64,000 bases of DNA from NCBI GenBank assembly GCA_003284565.1, contig QBXO01000003.1, forward strand, positions 16,558 through 80,557, in the 5' to 3' direction. The DNA is from SAR116 cluster bacterium AG-321-K23 (GTDB lineage: Bacteria; Pseudomonadota; Alphaproteobacteria; Puniceispirillales; Marisalimonadaceae). The translations under genes and the position numbers were made by a program. Positions 61,043 through 64,000 of this stretch are shown here, in pieces; position 1 is the stretch's first letter, and each line of letters starts with the position of its first letter. The notes under the pieces were generated by a model. That model did not search any database. It saw nothing but the letters and a program-made list of their open reading frames with translations, and was not told where the DNA came from.

Positions 61043-62209
61043 ATGGAATTTAATCTAAATCAAACTCAGTTATCTATTATTGATTCCGTGAAAAATATTA
61101 TGAAAAATTATGATGATGAGTATTGGCTTCAATGTGATAAAAATAGTAAATTTCCTCAAAAGTTTTACGAAGAAGTTGCAAGTGGTGGATGGTTAGGAAT
61201 TTGTATGCCTAAAGAGTTTGGTGGCAGTGCTTTAGGCGTCAGTGAAGCATCTATTTTTATGCAAAAAATATCAGAAACAGGCGGCGGTATGGCAGCAGCA
61301 TCTTCTATACACATTAATATTTTTGGACCACACCCAATAGTAGTGTATGGAAATAAGAAACAAAAAGATAAATGGTTGCCACCATTGATTTTAGGAAAAG
61401 AAAAAACTTGCTTTGGGGTCACTGAACCAGATGCAGGTTTAGATACTGGCAGATTAAAAACATTTGCCAAAAAAATTAACGATGGATATTTAGTTAATGG
61501 ACAGAAAATTTGGACATCTACTGCTAAAATAGCTGACAAAATACTCTTATTAGCCAGAACTATTCCTATTGAAGAATGTAATAAAAACACAGATGGTCTG
61601 ACTTTGTTTTATACAAATTTAGACAGGAAAAAAATAGAAGTTAGAGAAATTTCTAAAATGGGTAGAGCTGCAGTTGATAGCAATCAAATATTCATAGATA
61701 ATCTTGAAGTACCTGAATTTGACAGAATTGGTGAAGAAGGAAAGGGTTTTAAATATATTCTTGACAGCCTTAACCCTGAGAGGATTCTGATTGCTGCTGA
61801 AGCTTTAGGAATTGGTAAAAATGCATTGTCAAGGGCAATAAACTATGCAAATGACAGAGTGGTTTTTAATAGACCTATCGGTAAAAACCAAAGTATTCAA
61901 CACCCATTAGCCGAAAACTGGATTGAGTTAGAAGCTGCAGAACTACTCATTGCAAAAGCGGCTTACCAATACGATTCAGGTGAAAATGCAGGGGGAATGG
62001 CTAACGCAGCAAAATATTTTGCAGCTGAAGCTGGCTTTAAAGCAGCTACGCAAGCAGTCGTAACTTTGGGTGGTATGGGATATGCCAAAGAATACCATGT
62101 TGAGAGATTATTGAGAGAATCTTTAATCCCAAAATTGGCACCTGTAAGTGCTCAAATGATTTTAAATTATATCTCTGAACGTGTTCTTGGACTACCAAAA
62201 TCATATTAA
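61043..62209 (+). CDS. Acyl-CoA dehydrogenase family protein
   Basis: FGVTEPDAG, NGQKIWTS, LNPERI and LGGMGYAKEYHVER. Confidence 0.9.
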   Translation: MEFNLNQTQLSIIDSVKNIMKNYDDEYWLQCDKNSKFPQKFYEEVASGGWLGICMPKEFGGSALGVSEASIFMQKISETGGGMAAASSIHINIFGPHPIVVYGNKKQKDKWLPPLILGKEKTCFGVTEPDAGLDTGRLKTFAKKINDGYLVNGQKIWTSTAKIADKILLLARTIPIEECNKNTDGLTLFYTNLDRKKIEVREISKMGRAAVDSNQIFIDNLEVPEFDRIGEEGKGFKYILDSLNPERILIAAEALGIGKNALSRAINYANDRVVFNRPIGKNQSIQHPLAENWIELEAAELLIAKAAYQYDSGENAGGMANAAKYFAAEAGFKAATQAVVTLGGMGYAKEYHVERLLRESLIPKLAPVSAQMILNYISERVLGLPKSY

Positions 62210-62227
62210 TTGTTAGAAAGTTATACA

Positions 62228-63436
62228 ATGATAGAAAAGAATAAAAATAACCATGCTTTAGATGGAATCAAGATTTTAGACCTTACAAGAGTTCTTGGAG
62301 GACCATATGCAACGCAAATACTTGCAGATCATGGGGCTGAGGTAATTAAAATTGAATCAAAGATTGGTGATGAGGTTAGAGCTTGGGGACCACCTTTTAT
62401 AAACGAAATGGCCTCATATTTTATAAACGTTAATAGAAATAAGAAATCTCTGGCAATTGATCTTACCAAACAACAAGGAAAAGAAATAATTTTAGAACTT
62501 CTGAAAAATTCAGATATAATAATTGAAAACTTTAAAACTGGCACAATGGAAAAATGGGGCCTAGGTTATGAAGAAGTTTTAAAGAAAAAATTCCCTAGAT
62601 TAATTCATTGTAGAATTTCAGGATTTGGAGCTAAAGGCCCACTTGGTGGAGCTCCAGGCTATGATGCAATAGTTCAAGCTATGACAGGTATGATGTCAGT
62701 AAATGGCCATGCTGACGGCGACGATGTGAGAATTGGAGCCCCAGTAGTAGATATGGGAACTGGGCTTTATTCAACAATAGGAATTTTAATGGCACTTCAA
62801 GAAAGAGAAAAATCTGGGATGGGTCAGTTTTTGGATATGTCTCTATATGATTCAGCACTTGCGCTAATGCATCCTCATACTGGTAATTATTTTTTGTCAA
62901 ATAAACCAGGCAAAGCTACTGGAAATGCACATCCAAATATTTCACCATATGATAAATTTAAAACAGCAACAAATGAGATTTTTATGGGAATTGGAAACGA
63001 TGCTGGCTTTCTAAGACTTTGTAAAGCTCTAGGTTTAGACCATCTTGCAAAAGATAGAAGATTTTTAACTAATGGTGATAGAGTTAAAAACAGAATAGAG
63101 TTAACCAAATATTTAGAAGATGCTCTACGTGAAGTAGATGGAGTTCACTTTTCTGAAAAATTACTATCAGCAGGAATTCCTGCAGGACCTGTAAGAAATA
63201 TAGAGGAAGCTCTAAAACACCCTCAAACAAAAGAAAGAGAGATGACTATCTCAAAAGAAGATTACACAGGTGTTTCTTCACCAATTAAATTTAGTAGATC
63301 TAAAGCAGTTGGAGTTAAACACAAACCGCCTGTTATTGGTGAACACACAAGAGAAATCTTAAGAAAAAATGGTTACAAAGAAGATGATATAAATAATCTT
63401 TTTGAAAATGATGTTATTTTTGAAAATAATTCTTAA
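62228..63436 (+). CDS. CaiB/BaiF class III CoA-transferase
   Basis: DLTRVLGGP, ADHGAEVIKIE, NRNKKS, IENF, GYD and VVDMGTG. Confidence 0.92.
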   Translation: MIEKNKNNHALDGIKILDLTRVLGGPYATQILADHGAEVIKIESKIGDEVRAWGPPFINEMASYFINVNRNKKSLAIDLTKQQGKEIILELLKNSDIIIENFKTGTMEKWGLGYEEVLKKKFPRLIHCRISGFGAKGPLGGAPGYDAIVQAMTGMMSVNGHADGDDVRIGAPVVDMGTGLYSTIGILMALQEREKSGMGQFLDMSLYDSALALMHPHTGNYFLSNKPGKATGNAHPNISPYDKFKTATNEIFMGIGNDAGFLRLCKALGLDHLAKDRRFLTNGDRVKNRIELTKYLEDALREVDGVHFSEKLLSAGIPAGPVRNIEEALKHPQTKEREMTISKEDYTGVSSPIKFSRSKAVGVKHKPPVIGEHTREILRKNGYKEDDINNLFENDVIFENNS

Positions 63437-64000
63437 TTAAATATATAGTTTATTGAAATAATAATCTCGTAATTCATGTATGTAATTTTTAAGCACATAT
63501 TTATTTTCTTTAATTTCGGTAAAAATTAAAAAAGCATCTATTGCTTGAAAAATAAAAAGATCAATACCTGAAATAATTTTTGCTCCAACTTTTTCACCTT
63601 TTTTAATGAAAGCAGTTTTAGCAGGGGTATAAACTACATCAAAAATCCATTGTGTCTTATTAGGTATGAGATTGCCTAAAGGGCATCCTGGAAAATCATA
63701 ATGACCAACAGGTGTACAATTAATTATGCCATCAAGACTAGATATATTTTTTTCTATTTGATCAGATTTAATTACAACACAGTTTGTATTTAAGAGATTT
63801 AAATCCTTAGATAAACTATCTGCTTTTATTTCATCATTATCAACTAGTAAAATCTTTTTTACTCCTAGAGAAGCTAAACCAAAAGTAATAGCCCTTCCTA
63901 CTCCACCAGCACCAAATACAAGAATTGTTCCAGGAGTATTATTACCAAAATGAAAATTATACGTTTTTAAAAAACCGGTATAGTCTGTATTTTCAGCCGT
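63437..64000 (-). CDS. aroE: Shikimate/quinate dehydrogenase family protein (5' part outside window)
   Basis: Manual translation: ENTDYTGF, GAGGVGRA, INCTPVG, DVVYTP and G..LFIFQA; TAA at 63437. Confidence 0.82.
   Translation of the reverse strand, partial: TAENTDYTGFLKTYNFHFGNNTPGTILVFGAGGVGRAITFGLASLGVKKILLVDNDEIKADSLSKDLNLLNTNCVVIKSDQIEKNISSLDGIINCTPVGHYDFPGCPLGNLIPNKTQWIFDVVYTPAKTAFIKKGEKVGAKIISGIDLFIFQAIDAFLIFTEIKENKYVLKNYIHELRDYYFNKLYI

Noticed and set aside
1801-63108. Many 60-146 aa ORFs in the track that are antisense to or nested in genes (e.g. 38925-39314, 47893-48330, 59697-60137, 61165-61590)
   Set aside because: They overlap well-supported genes largely or entirely and have no motifs; typical shadow ORFs
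1-64000. CRISPR arrays, IS elements, prophage genes, rRNA and known riboswitches
   Set aside because: No repeat-spacer periodicity, transposase/integrase/phage motifs or recognisable riboswitch cores were seen by eye; an Rfam scan would be needed to exclude riboswitches formally

Overview
AT-rich, gene-dense chromosomal segment of a genome-streamlined alphaproteobacterium, probably marine. This is inferred from DUF1013/TrcR, COQ9 divergent from rpsU, the alphaproteobacterial pyrE/leuA types, the short intergenic spacers and the 4-nt overlaps. About 58 CDS and 2 tRNAs (Ser-GGA, Arg-CCT) are present; there is no rRNA, CRISPR, transposase or integrase. Blocks from left to right: peptide-ABC ATPase/hutG/M20 hydrolase; a sugar-acid cluster (idnO, idnD, TRAP dctPQM, lactonase, epimerase, enolase-family dehydratase); molybdenum cofactor genes (short ModE, mobAB, moeA); mixed hydrolases, pyrE and yaaA; a ~1 kb islet at tRNA-Ser bounded by an 11-bp direct repeat; lepA, leuA, ygfZ, trcR, purEK, metA, coq9, rpsU, pntAB, an ABC1 kinase, pepF and a haloacetate dehalogenase-like gene; a cbb-like fbp-tkt-pgk-gap-rpe-gph run without PRK or RuBisCO; a nitrogen block (half-length GlnE, amtB without glnK, antenna-bearing GDH); and an extended leucine-degradation (liu) operon. 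I cannot demonstrate an entirely new system. The best candidates are the nitrogen module (adenylyltransferase-only GlnE plus twin 17-bp palindromes before amtB), three small ORFs missed by the ORF track, and the tRNA-Ser islet. All family calls come from motif recognition by eye, not from database searches.
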